From the NCBI RefSeq assembly GCF_006345805.1, contig NC_043006.1, positions 2,604,001 to 2,668,000 of the forward strand: a stretch of DNA of 64,000 nt, written 5' to 3'. The notes under the pieces are model-generated. The model was not told where the DNA came from. It saw only the letters and a program-made list of their open reading frames with translations, and did no database searches. This DNA is from Octopus sinensis. Lineage: Eukaryota. Below are positions 37,661 through 50,257 of this stretch, piece by piece. Made by a program: the position numbers and the translations under genes. Every line of letters begins with the position of its first letter. The first letter of the stretch is position 1.

Positions 37661-38088
37661 TCTACCTCTTAATATTAAGTTTTTCTTAATATTGCAAAGG
37701 ATATTCAGTTTCCATGGGTTTCTGTCTTGTACATATGGTTAATATTAGGAATTGCTTGGGTTCCATTCCCAGAGCAAGCAGCATTTTGTGTTCTTGGGCG
37801 AAACTCGTCATTTTATGTTGCTTGAGTTCATTTCAGGTGGTGAGCTGGCAATGACCACAATCAGTTGGTGCTTTTTACGTGCCATTGGCACGGAAGCCAG
37901 TCAAGGCAGCACTGGCATCGGCCACGTTCGGACGATGCTTTTTACGTGGCACCAGCATGGGGATCACAACTAAAATTTCCATTTGATTTTGGTTTTGATG
38001 TACTTGACTCAATAGGTCTCCTCAAGCACAGCATATTGCCCTCTAATCCAAGGTACTATTATTGATAATAGAGATAAAGCTATTCAAA

Positions 38089-38692
38089 TTAGTTAGTTAG
38101 TTAGTTAGTTAGTTAATTTGGCTCAAAAGCAAATAGCAAGGCCATGTAGGGGGACATGGAGTTAAGTACAGGGTGGTGTTCATGTAAAGAGTTCAGGCCA
38201 CTTGAGGTCCAGGGAGGCTTTAAACAAAGCGGTCATCGGCATCTTCACCATCTCGTCTGGCAGCTTGTTCCATGGATCCGCAACCCGGACGGAGAAAGTT
38301 CCTCTCCTTCGATTGAGATGAAATCGTCGCAGGTAGAGCTTTTCGGAATGACCCCGCAGCCGACGCTCTGGAGCAGGAGTGAAGAACAGCTCTTTTGAGA
38401 GGTTACACTTTCCGCTTATGATGTTGTGGGCGAGAATGAGATCACCACGGCGGTGGCGTTTTTCAAGAGAATAAAGGTCAAGCGTCCTCAGCCTTTCTTC
38501 GTAGGACAAATTTTTGAGACCATGAACCATGCGGGTAGCCAGCTTCTGGACTCTTTCGAGATGCTGTATGTCTTTGAGGAGATAAGGAGAAGAGGCTTGA
38601 ATCCCATACTCCAATATGGGTCTCACCAGCGTGACATAGAGTGGTAGGAATATGGCTGCTGTGAGCATTCCGAATGACCGTCGAATCAAGAA
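38089..38692 (-). mobile_element. CR1-clade LINE 3' fragment with (AACT)n tail
   Basis: ORF 38180..38689 is uninterrupted: LYVTLVRPILEY...LERVQKLATRMV...YEERLRTLDLYSLEKR...RGH...FSVRVADPWNKLP, the typical CR1 RT C-terminus. (TTAG)n at 38089-38115. Confidence 0.92.
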
Positions 38693-38910
38693 CAGAAATT
38701 AAATTTAATTATGTTTTATTAAAATATGGAAATGGTATTAGTGATTTGTTTCACTTTGAAGATTTGGTATTATAGTTGCAAAAGAAAAAAAAAACAGTGA
38801 CCAGCTGACTATGCTGAGCGAGTGAACTGCAGCTCTCTGCATACCTCTGCAGAAAAGCACTGAAACATTTCTTTTATTTTCTGTTCTTTTGGTTGAGATG
38901 TTTGTGACAG

Positions 38911-38983
38911 GTGTCATTGGAATTGACGAAAATATCTTTGGAGTCTCTGGCTTGATGAGTTTTGTCAGCTACTTGGTTTTCAG
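38911..38983 (+). CDS. Candidate internal exon, 73 nt ((G)VIGIDENIFGVSGLMSFVSYLVF), unidentified protein
   Basis: Long pyrimidine tract plus tgacag acceptor and CAG|gtaggg donor. Only one of three frames is open. Confidence 0.55.
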
Positions 38984-39027
38984 GTAGGGCTATATTGGAG
39001 TAGGCTGTTTGTTCCTGCCAGTATATG

Positions 39028-39127
<100 letters not shown>

Positions 39128-39924
39128 CAAATATACATACATACATACATATATATATATAAACACACATATGTACATACATATACACAAAAATATACAC
39201 ATGCACATATATGCATACATATATACACATGTATATACATTTTATGTGGGTGTAACATAAATGTGTGATGTGTGTATTCTTTCTTTTTCTTGGGAGGCAT
39301 GGAGAAGAGAGTGAGGGTTAAGATGAAAAAAAAGAAGGAAAGAAAAAGATTTTGTAAGGGAAGAATATAATCAGGAAAGTTAGATAGAATAGAAGGAAGG
39401 CAGAAAGAAATTCTTGGATGGTGTAAGAAAATTATGAAGGGGAAAATATAGAAAGAAGAAGAAAAATCGAAGTAATCTACTTAGTTTAGTTAACTCTGAC
39501 TAAATCTTTTGGTTAATACTTTTTTATTCTTTGATTTATGTGAAAGTTTGCATAGAAAACTGAGGCAATTTACAAGGTGTCACATTCTTCTTTTAGCATC
39601 TGCCATTTTCATATTCCGTGTTAAGAATTGTATTTTTAAAACTTATAGACATGCATATACAGTGTGAGAAAGCTGAATAAACGTAAAAGAAAATAATTCC
39701 ACTTGCTGATGGTAGATTAGGTTGTTTTACTGTATTTAGTGAGATGAAATGTTTTGAGGGTAGATGTAGTCTTTCTTACTTTAAAGTTCATTAAAACAAA
39801 CGTTTGCTATGTACCATTCTACTTGTTTTTATTTTTAAAATGAAGTAGCCCTTTTTTAAATTGACTCTGAGTTTAATCAAAAACAATCCATTATTAATGC
39901 TGATCTATTACCTTAAAATTAAAG

Positions 39925-40135
39925 GTGGCAAGCTGGCAGAATGGTTAGCTTGCCAGGTGAAATGCTTCGTGGCATTTCCCCCATTTTTACTTTCTGTTTT
40001 CAAATTCCACCCAGGTTGATTTTGTGTTCCATTCTTTTGGGGTAGATAAAATAAAATTTGAGCACTGGAGTTGATGTAATCGACTTACCCCCACCCCCAG
40101 AAATTGCTGGCTGTGGGCCAAAATTTGAAATTGAT
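39925..40135 (+). mobile_element. SINE family B
   Basis: GGTGGCAAGCTGGCAGAATGGTTAGC head through the GCCAAAATTTGAAA tail. Confidence 0.8.
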
Positions 40136-40375
40136 ATATTATCATAAAATTTGTTTTCTTGCCGTTTATTTAAACCATCTTCTCAAACCTTCAAGCCTCA
40201 TTTATAAGTAATTAAGTAATTCATTCCAGGATTGTCAGTTAATGAAACTCGTGCCTTTAACAATAGAGATGTTTTCTATTTAGCTTTGTTTCTCTGGGTT
40301 GAGAAGTAGAAGCTGTGAGGTTGATATCTTCTGTTCAGTAATTCTCAGATAATTTCAGTTGATTTTGCATTAAAG

Positions 40376-40434
40376 CACCGTTGTTCTTAATTTTAAATTC
40401 TTCTTGGATGCTGTTAAAAAATATGCTTTGGGAG
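40376..40434 (+). CDS. Weak candidate exon with GC donor (TVVLNFKFFLDAVKKYALG)
   Basis: GAG|gcaagt donor and weak taaag acceptor; phase-compatible with the exon at 38911-38983. Confidence 0.25.
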
Positions 40435-40800
40435 GCAAGTGCTAAACAGGATTGTGATACAATCAACTTGCCTTAGGACACATCTCTTCTCACTACTCGC
40501 ACAATCTGTACTGATGGGACTCCATTGTCAAGCAGCTGAATTAAAGCTGCCTGATGTTTTTGATGTAAAAGTACACTCTCTCTCTAATCCTAGAGTTCTG
40601 AGTTCAAAAGTTAACTTCAATCATTTGTAACCTTTGACATGGACCGTCAACCTTCCAGCCTCACTCAGAATACTTAAAATAAGTCATTCTCTTTCACGGG
40701 AGAGTAATTAATAGTTATGAAAGTGTTCAAGCATTGAAATTGCACAAGCAAAAATTGTTCATGTTTAATAAAAAGGGAAATAATATTTTTTTGAAGATAA

Positions 40801-41010
40801 TACGACAGGGTGCTGAAAAGTTCCTGGTTTTGGGTAAAAGAAGATACAGGAGGATCAGTTAATTATGATTTTATCCAACATATTCCCCTCTCAGATTCAC
40901 ACACTTATTGCAGTGGTCCCTCAGTTTTTCTAAGCCCTGTAAAAGAACTCGGAATGTTGGGCCTCCAACCAGGCCTTTCACGAGACCCTTAAAGCTAGGA
41001 ACTTCAGCAT
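40801..41010. mobile_element. Tc1/mariner-type MITE
   Basis: Starts TACGACAGGGTGCTGAAAAGTTCCTGGTTT. The right end AAAGCTAGGAACTTCAGCA is its imperfect, truncated inverted repeat. Confidence 0.7.
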
Positions 41011-41019
41011 GGGCTTGCA

Positions 41020-41088
41020 TATTGAGTATGCTGCTGCACTGAGATAGTTTGAAGATCTTACTATCTCAGTGCAGCAGCATACTCAATA
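41020..41088. repeat. Perfect inverted repeat: 29-bp stem, 11-nt loop
   Basis: TATTGAGTATGCTGCTGCACTGAGATAGT (41020-41048) / TTGAAGATCTT / ACTATCTCAGTGCAGCAGCATACTCAATA (41060-41088), checked base by base. Confidence 0.97.
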
Positions 41089-41699
41089 CTTTTGTTCTAA
41101 CCCCTTCTCTTATCACCTAGCATAATGCTACCTCCCTCTCTTCTGTAGTCCCACTTGGTTGAAGAGTCTTGTAAGCTGCAGGGTGCCATGCACAAGAAAG
41201 CATCCAATACATGCTGTAAACTGGTTGGCATTAGGAAGGGCTCCAGCTGTTGAAGCCATGTCAAAACAGACACTGGAGCACAATGGACCCATTGAATCCT
41301 GTCAAACTATCCTACACATTCAAGCAAAGAACATGGATGCTAAATGATGTTGACGTGATATGTTGCTCTTAAGGAACTGGGACCACCACAGTTTTGAGAT
41401 GAGATTTGAATGATGTAGACTTTATATATTTACTTTTAGATCGCTAGCCACTACACATTCTTTATTTTCTCTCCTTGTTTCTTTCTGTGTTCCTTCCTGT
41501 GGAAGAGCATAGGCTTGAAACGTTAAAGACTTCTTCACTTCCAGAGTGTTATACTAATACATCTGTTTGTTTTGTACACCACCTGTCTTCCTCTTTTGAT
41601 CTTTTTTTTTTTTGTGAATTCTCGCCTTAAATAAAATAATTATGAGTAAGATTCAAGGTTGAGTAAATTGATTAGATGTCTTCCATCTTCATTGTCATA

Positions 41700-43850
41700 C
41701 CTCTTTTATCATATGTTCTGACCTAGTTCCATCACCCATCCTCTACATTCAGTACTCGTGTATCATTACCTTGCAACATCCCTTGGAAAGAACCCCCCTC
41801 CCTTTCCTTGTTGCTGGTAGACGTAGTTATCTAAACATTTTTCACCCTGGCTATTATGCTTTTGAAACACTTTCTATCATTCCACACCCATTTTTCTCTT
41901 TTCAATTTGAACCGACACACTGCTATGCAATCTGGAACACCTCACACCTCTCTTCTTTTCAATGAAGAAAACGGTAAGCCTTCTCTCATTTCAACTTCTC
42001 TCACTGTTAATTTTGTTACCTAGGTAATGGAAGCTATCAACTACATCTCTGAAACCTTTCAAGCATTTGAAAGAAATTATCTCATGGATTAAATCTACCT
42101 CCCGGAATAAGGTATATTGTAAAGTATCCCTGCCAATCTGCTGTATATGCAGATTCTTTCTCACTCAGTGGGTCTGCCATCATATTGTCTATCATGAGCA
42201 TTCATATTTACACGTGCTGCTCCTTTTCTGCATGTTGAGCATTTCCACATCACTTATAGCTGTAGGGCTCCATCTTCTTTCCTGCAAACTTTGCTGGATT
42301 TACTTCATGGCCTCTTGAGTCTAGGCTTTGCTTCAGTCTTGAATTTCTTCTCCAAGTTTTCAAACAGATTCAGTTTCAAGACCTATATCAGGGGCCTATA
42401 GAAGTTCCCTTGGACAACTGGTCTTAAACTTCTCTGTTTTGGCATAAAGTACTACAATAAAATAAGGAACTGAGAGCTGAATCCTGACTGATGTCTATTT
42501 GCACATTAAATATCTCACGGAACTTCCTGCTCTCATCATATTTATCTATATTTATCTATACCGAGTTTTTTTAGTAACCATCAGACTACACAGCATGATA
42601 CACTGGTGAAGGCCTTTTTTTATATTCATGCAAGCTTGGTGCAGTGGTTAACTCTTGCTTAAGAACTTCAGTAGGAAAGCATATCAATGGTACCCTATCT
42701 AAACGTCATCATCCCAAGCTCTCGCTTCCTAATTAGTTCTACTCTACATTTTTGTTCCATTCGTTTGGTGCTTCTGTAGTCACTTATTTCTAGAGCATCT
42801 CCTTAGTCGTTTATCAGTTGATGGTGACATTACTATACCAGTCATTGAGTACGACACCTCCCTCTTCTGCCTGATAAACTATGTGAGTAAACTGGTGTGT
42901 GTGCTGCTTCACGAGATACTCTCAGTATCCCAGGGACTAAATTTGATTGTTCAGCTGCTTTACCTGCCTTCATATTCCTTATTCCCACTTTTGGCTGAAG
43001 AACTGGTCCCTTTCCTGAGTTACTTTAGGGGAGACAACCTCTTACCTATGCATTCTCATTCAGCAAATTTGTGTAGTAACATTTCTAAGCTTTTTTCTTC
43101 TCATCATTAGTGGTAGCAAGTGCACAGCTATCATTCTTTACACACTTTTCTCTGTCCAATTCTGATTCACTGCTTTGCAGCCTGCAACACCTCACACCTC
43201 TGTTCTTTCTTTGAAGAAAATGGCAAGCCGTCTTTCATTTTAGTTTCTCTCATTGTTGCATGTACCTGTTTAGTTTTTCTTCTACCCACTAACTGTATCT
43301 CTTATTCCTTCCAAGACCATGTCACTTTCTGCCTTGCTCCATCCACTCGTCTGGTCTGTGGCTTACAGTGAATTGTTTTCTACAAACTTCCAGCTGTCCT
43401 CCATGCCCTAAGTCTCTTATCTTCACCTCTTCATCATGCACATCATGTATGTTCTCTTTGAACATACATCTGGTCATGGAAGTTCTTAACTTCCATCCAT
43501 TCCTTCCCTGGATTCTTTTCTGCCTCTGGCTCCACCTAACCCTTCACTTGTGCTAACTGCTCACTAGTCTACATTCTCCAGTGGGGTATTCCCTGCTGAA
43601 CAATGCTCCACTTTGCATCAACTGCTATTAATTTAGATGAGTCATTCATGAGTTGTTGCTCATCTCCTTCCTTCCTGGTCAATATAAAGTTGATCTGGCT
43701 TGGGTATTTGTTTGATTGGCATCTTACCAAGTGGCTGTTGCAAATGGTTGGGTAATCTGTGTCACAGAACTCTAGAAACCCTGTCCTTGTTCCTTGTACC
43801 TTATCCATGTCCACTCTGAGATGCCATGGGAATGTCTAATATGTCCAGTA
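41700..43850 (-). pseudogene. Highly degenerate RTE LINE relics (~41700-42330 and ~43090-43850)
   Basis: Fragments such as GTRTGFLEFCD...ICNSH...SQINFILTRK (endonuclease) and segments resembling the REVWRCHYERL region of the younger RTE. Confidence 0.6.
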
Positions 43851-43934
43851 ATGTGGTCATTTGTGATGAAGTGGTCACTGTCATGATATTCTGCAAAGAA
43901 CCTCATTGAAACAGGCCTTTAAAAATGCTGGTCT

Positions 43935-44290
43935 TGATTGTGATAAAAAGGGTGTAGATCCCTTTCGGTCAGAAATGACCATGAAACTGCACCTAGAAAG
44001 TTCCCCATTGAGGCACAGGTCAGGGCAAGGTTGTTTATGGAAGACTCATGTTTACCAGCCTCCCCTCTCCATACCACCAATATTATCCAAGGGAAAGGCA
44101 AAGGGGCCGATACAGCTTGGCACCAGTGATGTCACAACTCATTTCTACAGCTGAGTGAACTGGAGCAATGTGAAATAAAGTGTCTTTATGCAAGAACACA
44201 ACACACAACTGAGTCTGGGAATCTGGGAATTGAACTTACAACCCAATGATTTTAAGCCTGTTACACTAACCACTGAGTCATGTGCCTTGT
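43935..44290 (-). mobile_element. SINE family C
   Basis: Reverse homolog of 790-1135. Confidence 0.75.
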
Positions 44291-45329
44291 GGTACTAATA
44301 TAGAAATAACTGTTATTGACATGTTAACTATGTCCTGCCTAACCTAATTGTTCTGTCACATAACTTCTTCCAGCATTTATCTTTTCGATTCCCTATGAAC
44401 AATCTTCCGCTATCTTCAGTGCTTACCTATCCAGAAAAATTAAATAAAAATAGTTTGATTAAAGAGCAAAGTACATTATTATTTAGATAAGAAGCTAATT
44501 ATATGAATATAAGAACCATAAAGAATATGATATCTCACATTATTTCGGAGCAGAATGATTGGTGTAAATTTGAACAATGATAATATAAAGAAAATCCGCA
44601 TCTTTTGATCTTCACTTTAAACTGGTATATCAGTAAAGTAGGTTACGTGCAGAGAAAATATGGGAAAACAAACTGATGCAAATAGTATGAAGACTAAATC
44701 AGAAGATTTTTTTTTTTTAAATGGACATTAAAGGATGATGAATGATGAATGGTTTGATTCCTCTTTTTCTATAATAACCTGAGACATGAAAAAGTGTATA
44801 AATTTGGGCATTTATTGGAGCAGAATCTGATGGCAGGGTGCTTGTTTGAGTGCTAAAGGATGACTAAATCATATATGCACAAGTGTTGGCACTGTGGGTC
44901 TCAATGTCAGAATAGATACTCAATGTCCTGCATGTTGTAAAGAGTTAACTAAAACGATTGGTAAGAGAAGGCCGTCCAGCTGTAAGACAATGTCTGATGG
45001 GATACAAAAGAAACCTGCCGAACTCATATCAGCATGGAAAAGCGGACATCAGTATGTTGTTGATAATACCACCACCAATGCTAACGGGGAAGAGGAGGAG
45101 GAGGATGTACACAAGTGGAATTCGCAGTTTTGTTATATTAACATTTATGTTGGGTAGACATTTTTGCTTTAGTTCATAATATAAAGTGTGTAAATTAGGT
45201 TTGAACTGAAAAATAGTTTATCTTGACAAAATTTCTGTGACTCTTAAATTAAAATGAATCATGTGTCAAAAACGCAAGCAGTACCCAGCTCAAGTAAGAT
45301 TGTGTGTGAAGATCTCACTCCTTATGAAA

Positions 45330-45700
45330 ATCATTTCGTTTAAAGATGCAACATCGTTAGACATGCTTTAGTCATTAGTAGCAGTGATTTCCACTGGAAG
45401 CCCCACATTTGTAATGTCAAAACTGCACCCAGAAGACTTTATCTTTGAGCTAAAATACTTTGGCCCTAATCACCTGTTGACCATTCATTCACAAGTCTTA
45501 TACCAGCTTCGTTATGGTGTATTTTTAGATTTTTGAATGCATATCTATCTCATTACTGACATCTTAAATCGCATTCTGAATACATTGCTCTTCTTTAATT
45601 ACAAGCCTTCTCATCCTGAGAAGCTTAGAATCTTTGATCAGTCATCCTACTGTGACTTCTCAGTACATTTGTTTAAAATACTATAACAAACCCTGTTCCT
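45330..45700 (+). pseudogene. Degenerate L2/CR1-group LINE RT C-terminal fragment
   Basis: ISSSDFHWKPHICNVKTAPRRLY, then after a frameshift LKYFGPNHLLTIHSQVLYQLRYG. This resembles the SDLxWxxHI...RRLYxLxxLKxFG...LxYG motif. Confidence 0.55.
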
Positions 45701-45949
45701 CTGAAATTTGTAGTTCATCAACTTTTACCCACCATTTTCTCTTGCATCAAATATACTTAATCTTACTCTGAGCTTTACCTGCCACTTTACACTCTAAAGA
45801 CTATACCATTTATAGAATTATGTTCCTGCTCACGACTTCTACCACTTCTGTTTCAGAATAAATAGAACTTGTTTTGCTCTTAAAGATGATCTGGGACTTG
45901 ATATTTCTGACTGCAAATAAAATACTTAGGAATAAGCATATATTGATAG

Positions 45950-46720
45950 ATAAGTGACAAATGTAAGATCAACCCCTTCAGTGTAAGAGGGTCAAACAAA
46001 CATATTTTGGCTCCAGGCCACCTATTTGAAATGATAAACAGTATGAGTGGACTTTTGCCACCAGAGTCAAGGCTGCCTATATGAAAAATGTCAGAAACAA
46101 AATCTTACCTATATGCAACAAGTGCATCAGTGCAGCAAACAAAGCTATCAACATCAAATGGTTCCACAGGATTCTGCTAGACAATGGTTATCCACCATCT
46201 TAAGCCAAACAACAATATACCTTTAAAACTGATGTTAATAAACATCATAAGAAAGCCCACAGATTCAGGGATGTCACATGCTTCTTAAGCTATCTTACTT
46301 TGATGACAGACTTGTTGCTGCTGCAATCTACTGGGAGGGATTGAACATTCAGATGATGCACTCCACTGCATCATCTTGAGGAAGCTCCTGTCTAGAAATT
46401 GAAGTACAAACAGTATTGAGGAGTGTACTCTGTCCATCAACAACTTAGACATGTGTTCAAGCATATAGGTAGTACGTGAAATGGTCTGCAGCAAATGTGG
46501 CACTTTTTACAGTGGGAGCACCATCAGAAAGCTACATGGCCACATGAAAAGATATATGCACATAAACACTTCAGTTTATAAACATTTGCTGGAGTGGCAG
46601 ACCCTGGACTTTACTGTAACTGTTAGCTCTACAGAATGCAACATGAGCAATCCTAGAATTAAGGAAGAGATCTTAAGTTTAAACCTTCATTAATCAATAA
46701 ACAAGAGCTACATGTGGCAG
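45950..46720 (+). pseudogene. Penelope-like element remnant (RT thumb plus GIY-YIG endonuclease)
   Basis: RILLDNGYPP motif, then VCSKCGTFYSGSTIRKLHGHMKRYMHINTSVYKHL, matching the PLE CxxC..YIGxT.R.L..R..EH...S.V..H pattern. Several stops. Confidence 0.7.
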
Positions 46721-47015
46721 ACTTGCTACTATAAAAAAGAAACACACCCCTTTCCCACATGTCACTACCCTTTCCCACATATCTAAGCAACAATAAAGGC
46801 TCTACACCATCACCCATTTCTTCCCCTGTCCTGAAATGCTGAAGAAATACAAGGTAAATCATTAACTACCTTCCTCTTTTCACTTCTTTCTTTCTTTCAT
46901 TTTGCATTGTTTCAGCTTTTGAACAAATTTAATTCTCACCCAAAAACAAACAAAAAAAAATCCTTAATTTTCCAAGATTTCTAAAGTTCTATTCTGCAGT
47001 GAAACTTTTTTTGCT

Positions 47016-47087
47016 GTATGTGTCTGTGTTCAGGGTATGTGTCTGTGTTCAGGGTATGTGTCTGTGTTCAGGGTATGTGTCTGTGTG
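47016..47087. repeat. 19-bp tandem repeat (GTATGTGTCTGTGTTCAGG) x3 plus a partial copy
   Basis: Direct inspection. Confidence 0.95.
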
Positions 47088-47585
47088 TGTTCACACACAC
47101 CTGACATTAACAGTAGTTGGAAAATTCTAATCTATGTTGGTTTTTAAGTGCAAGTTTGTTAATGAATGCCATATGTAAAAGAAGGTAAAACTAAAGTCTC
47201 ACTGGAAGGTATAACAACCTAAGGCAAGGGGTGGCAACAGGGTTAATCCCATTCATATAAAACTATTCATAAAAGTCTAATCACTCTCATGCTTTTGAAT
47301 AGCTTTAAACTCCAAACACATGATATGGACTCAATGCAGTGTTTTTTTTAGTTTTGCTTTTGATTTTTTTTTTGTCTCTAATTAATTGTATCATAAAATA
47401 TGTGGAAATGGATCTTCAGTTTAAACCCGGGGTTGAATAATATATTGCTTTGTTTATATCATTTAAAAAAACTTTTTTTAGCCATTTTAGCCAGTTGTCT
47501 TAGGCATTAGTAACATTTTGGGTAGCATTATTGTCAATGACATCTTGGATAACAGTATTTAACATTTTTTTTATTTTGGCTTCAG

Positions 47586-47646
47586 CTGGAGGTCTCTGAT
47601 CTTACAGAAAACCTCACCAGAAAGTCCTTGAACTTGAACAAGTTTG
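47586..47646 (+). CDS. Candidate internal exon, 61 nt (LEVSDLTENLTRKSLNLNKF(G))
   Basis: ttttttttattttggcttcag acceptor and TTG|gtaaat donor. Only frame 0 is open. Confidence 0.5.
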
Positions 47647-48134
47647 GTAAATCCTGATCATTTGATTGATATTCTAAGTATCTCACTCACTTTGACTACC
47701 CACAAAATAGAGTATTAATTTGATAGATGCTCATTGCTTCTAGAAATATCAATAATTTGATTAACTAATAATTGATGAAGAATGGTTCCAGTGCTATTCT
47801 TGTTAATAGAATCATATAATATGATGTTACCTTTTCCTGATATTGTAACCTTCTCATCTCAGCCTTCTAACTACTGCTCCACAATATGGCAGATACACAA
47901 AACTGTTATCAATCACACTGTCCATTCTTTTCAAACATTCATTGTCCAATTTTTCATTTCGTAAAACCATCCAAACAAACCTGTGTTGACTTAGAACAAC
48001 AAATAAACATCATTAAGTTATCATTGTAGTTATTCATTTCCACAGGCCAATCTTTTACAGAAGTAATTTAAACATTTAGAGATCTGTTAATTATTAGTTT
48101 ATTAAATGGCCAATAAGATACTTAGCACTGTTAG

Positions 48135-48173
48135 GGAAGAATATAAAGAAACATTTGAATACAATTTCTTCAG
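48135..48173 (+). CDS. Weak candidate exon with GC donor (KNIKKHLNTISS or EEYKETFEYNFF)
   Basis: CAG|gcaagt is a consensus GC donor and the acceptor gttag is weak; phase 1-1 fits the preceding exon. Confidence 0.25.
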
Positions 48174-48769
48174 GCAAGTTGAGCTGATGTTGGTGATGTT
48201 TTGATTTTTTGAAAACATATGATAGAATGTTCAGAATGATCCTTTGTAAATACTTCCTCAAAACCATTTAATAACAATCATAATTATTAACTCATTTTGG
48301 AGAACAATGCCATTTTTATAAAAAATATATTTTTAAATCACTCAAACTGTTCCAGTGATCCGGAAAGTTGAAAGTAAAATTGTTTCTCACTGAATATACA
48401 AATGTGAAGCAGTGAGCCAGGTATAAAGGCATTTAGTCTCATTCTGAATGATATCAATGCCAATAATTCAATGTGATTTCTTAATTAGATATAATGCCTT
48501 AAGCAAATAGACTTAATTGTCTTGCCCCAAGATATGAATGACACAATACAGTCAATATCTTTGGTGTGGAATCATTATTTTTCTTAAATATTAGCTTAGT
48601 TAATTTTTTAATTAGGTATGAAAACAAAGATTTTTTAGATAGTGTTCATGCCTTTCTTCACAGAATTACTTGGAAATTAATTCCATTATAATGAGAGCCA
48701 AAATTGTGCTGAAATGCATATTTGCTAAGAGACACTGCTGCTTCTGTAATTGGTCTGCCATGATAATAT

Positions 48770-48985
48770 TGGTTTCAAATTTTGACACAAGGCCAACGAG
48801 TGCAGTGGAGAGAGTAAGTTGATTACATTGACCCCCAGTGCTCAACTGGTACTTATTTTGTTGACTCTGAAATGACGAAAGGCAAAGTTGACCTTGGTGG
48901 AATTTGAACTCAGAATGTAAATAGAGAGGAAATGCACTAAGCATTTTGCCCAGCATGCAGAGGATTCTGCCAGCTTGCCACCTTG
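48770..48985 (-). mobile_element. SINE family B
   Basis: Reverse complement of the family B consensus. Confidence 0.85.
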
Positions 48986-50257
48986 GTCTGCCATAATAAT
49001 CTTGGTTTCTTTTACAATTCAGAAGGATTACGTTTTGTAGAGTTGGTGGTAGAGTTGATTAAAACACTGATACTTATTTTATTAAGCCCAGAAGTATGAA
49101 AGGGAAAGTTGTCCATAATTGATAGGGAACTCAGAATATAGGATGATAAAACAGTCTGAGGGTTTGCCAGTTCTGCCAATATATCAATGACTGTCTTTGA
49201 TGCTGGGGTTACTTATCCCATTGTTTTTTGCTAAATTGATAAGACACTCAGAAGCATTATGGTGAGAAAGCTACCGGAATATTAAGTTGGATCAACCTAT
49301 TGAACTAAATTTAAATGCCGGATCAAGTAATACGACTCGGAGATAGATTCTTGTCTCGGCTTTATAAACGATGAACTCTTTGGTAGTTTCCAACTCTTAT
49401 ACTCTTTCTAAATATTGATTATGATTTTATAAGATTAATATTGTTCTTTGCTCAAAGATCTTCAACATAATGAAATAAATAGTTTCTCTGAGTTTTCTGT
49501 TTCTTTTTTCAGTTTTTTTCCTTTTTAACTCTGCTTCCATGATTCAGACATCATAATCTACAGTGATGTTTTTGTTTTTTTTCTTCATATGATTATTACC
49601 TTTCCAGCAACATTAAGATGGGCGTCTTAAGAAAGCTGTAACACTGAACAACAACCATCAATGAATCAATCTTTGTTATTTCATATAAGTGTGATAAGTA
49701 GCTAGTTGCTTCCTTTTTTTTTTCACTAACTGCATACATCAATGGATGACTAGTTCCATAGCTTTCAGAAGAGCATCTTTCAATAGGAAATGGAATTAGT
49801 ACTGCATGTCAATAAAACATATGTTTATCATAAAGGTTTCTTTCTACTCTACAGTACTTGGCTGCTTCTCACTACACTTGTTTGCAGATAGTGAGACTTA
49901 GATGACTTAAGTACAGACAGCACACAGTGTTGATGATAGTAAACTAACCTGTGCAGTCTTGGTCAGTTAGCTGACATGTCATTCATTTGACCAGCTGTGA
50001 CTCTCCATTATCTATAAATTCCATAAAACACAGTTAAATGAAATAGATTACAGGTATTGGGGGTTGATACCTATCACTGCAATGGCTTCTTAATATTTTA
50101 GCTAAATATCTGCTTCCATCTTATCAGGTTTTATTGCAGTCAAAATAGACACTTAGAAGGAATTAACCCATGATATTGTCAGGAATAAGGAATATTAAAA
50201 TCCAAAGACCTAGTATTTGGCCATACAACCATACTAGTAATAATAATTTCTAACATT

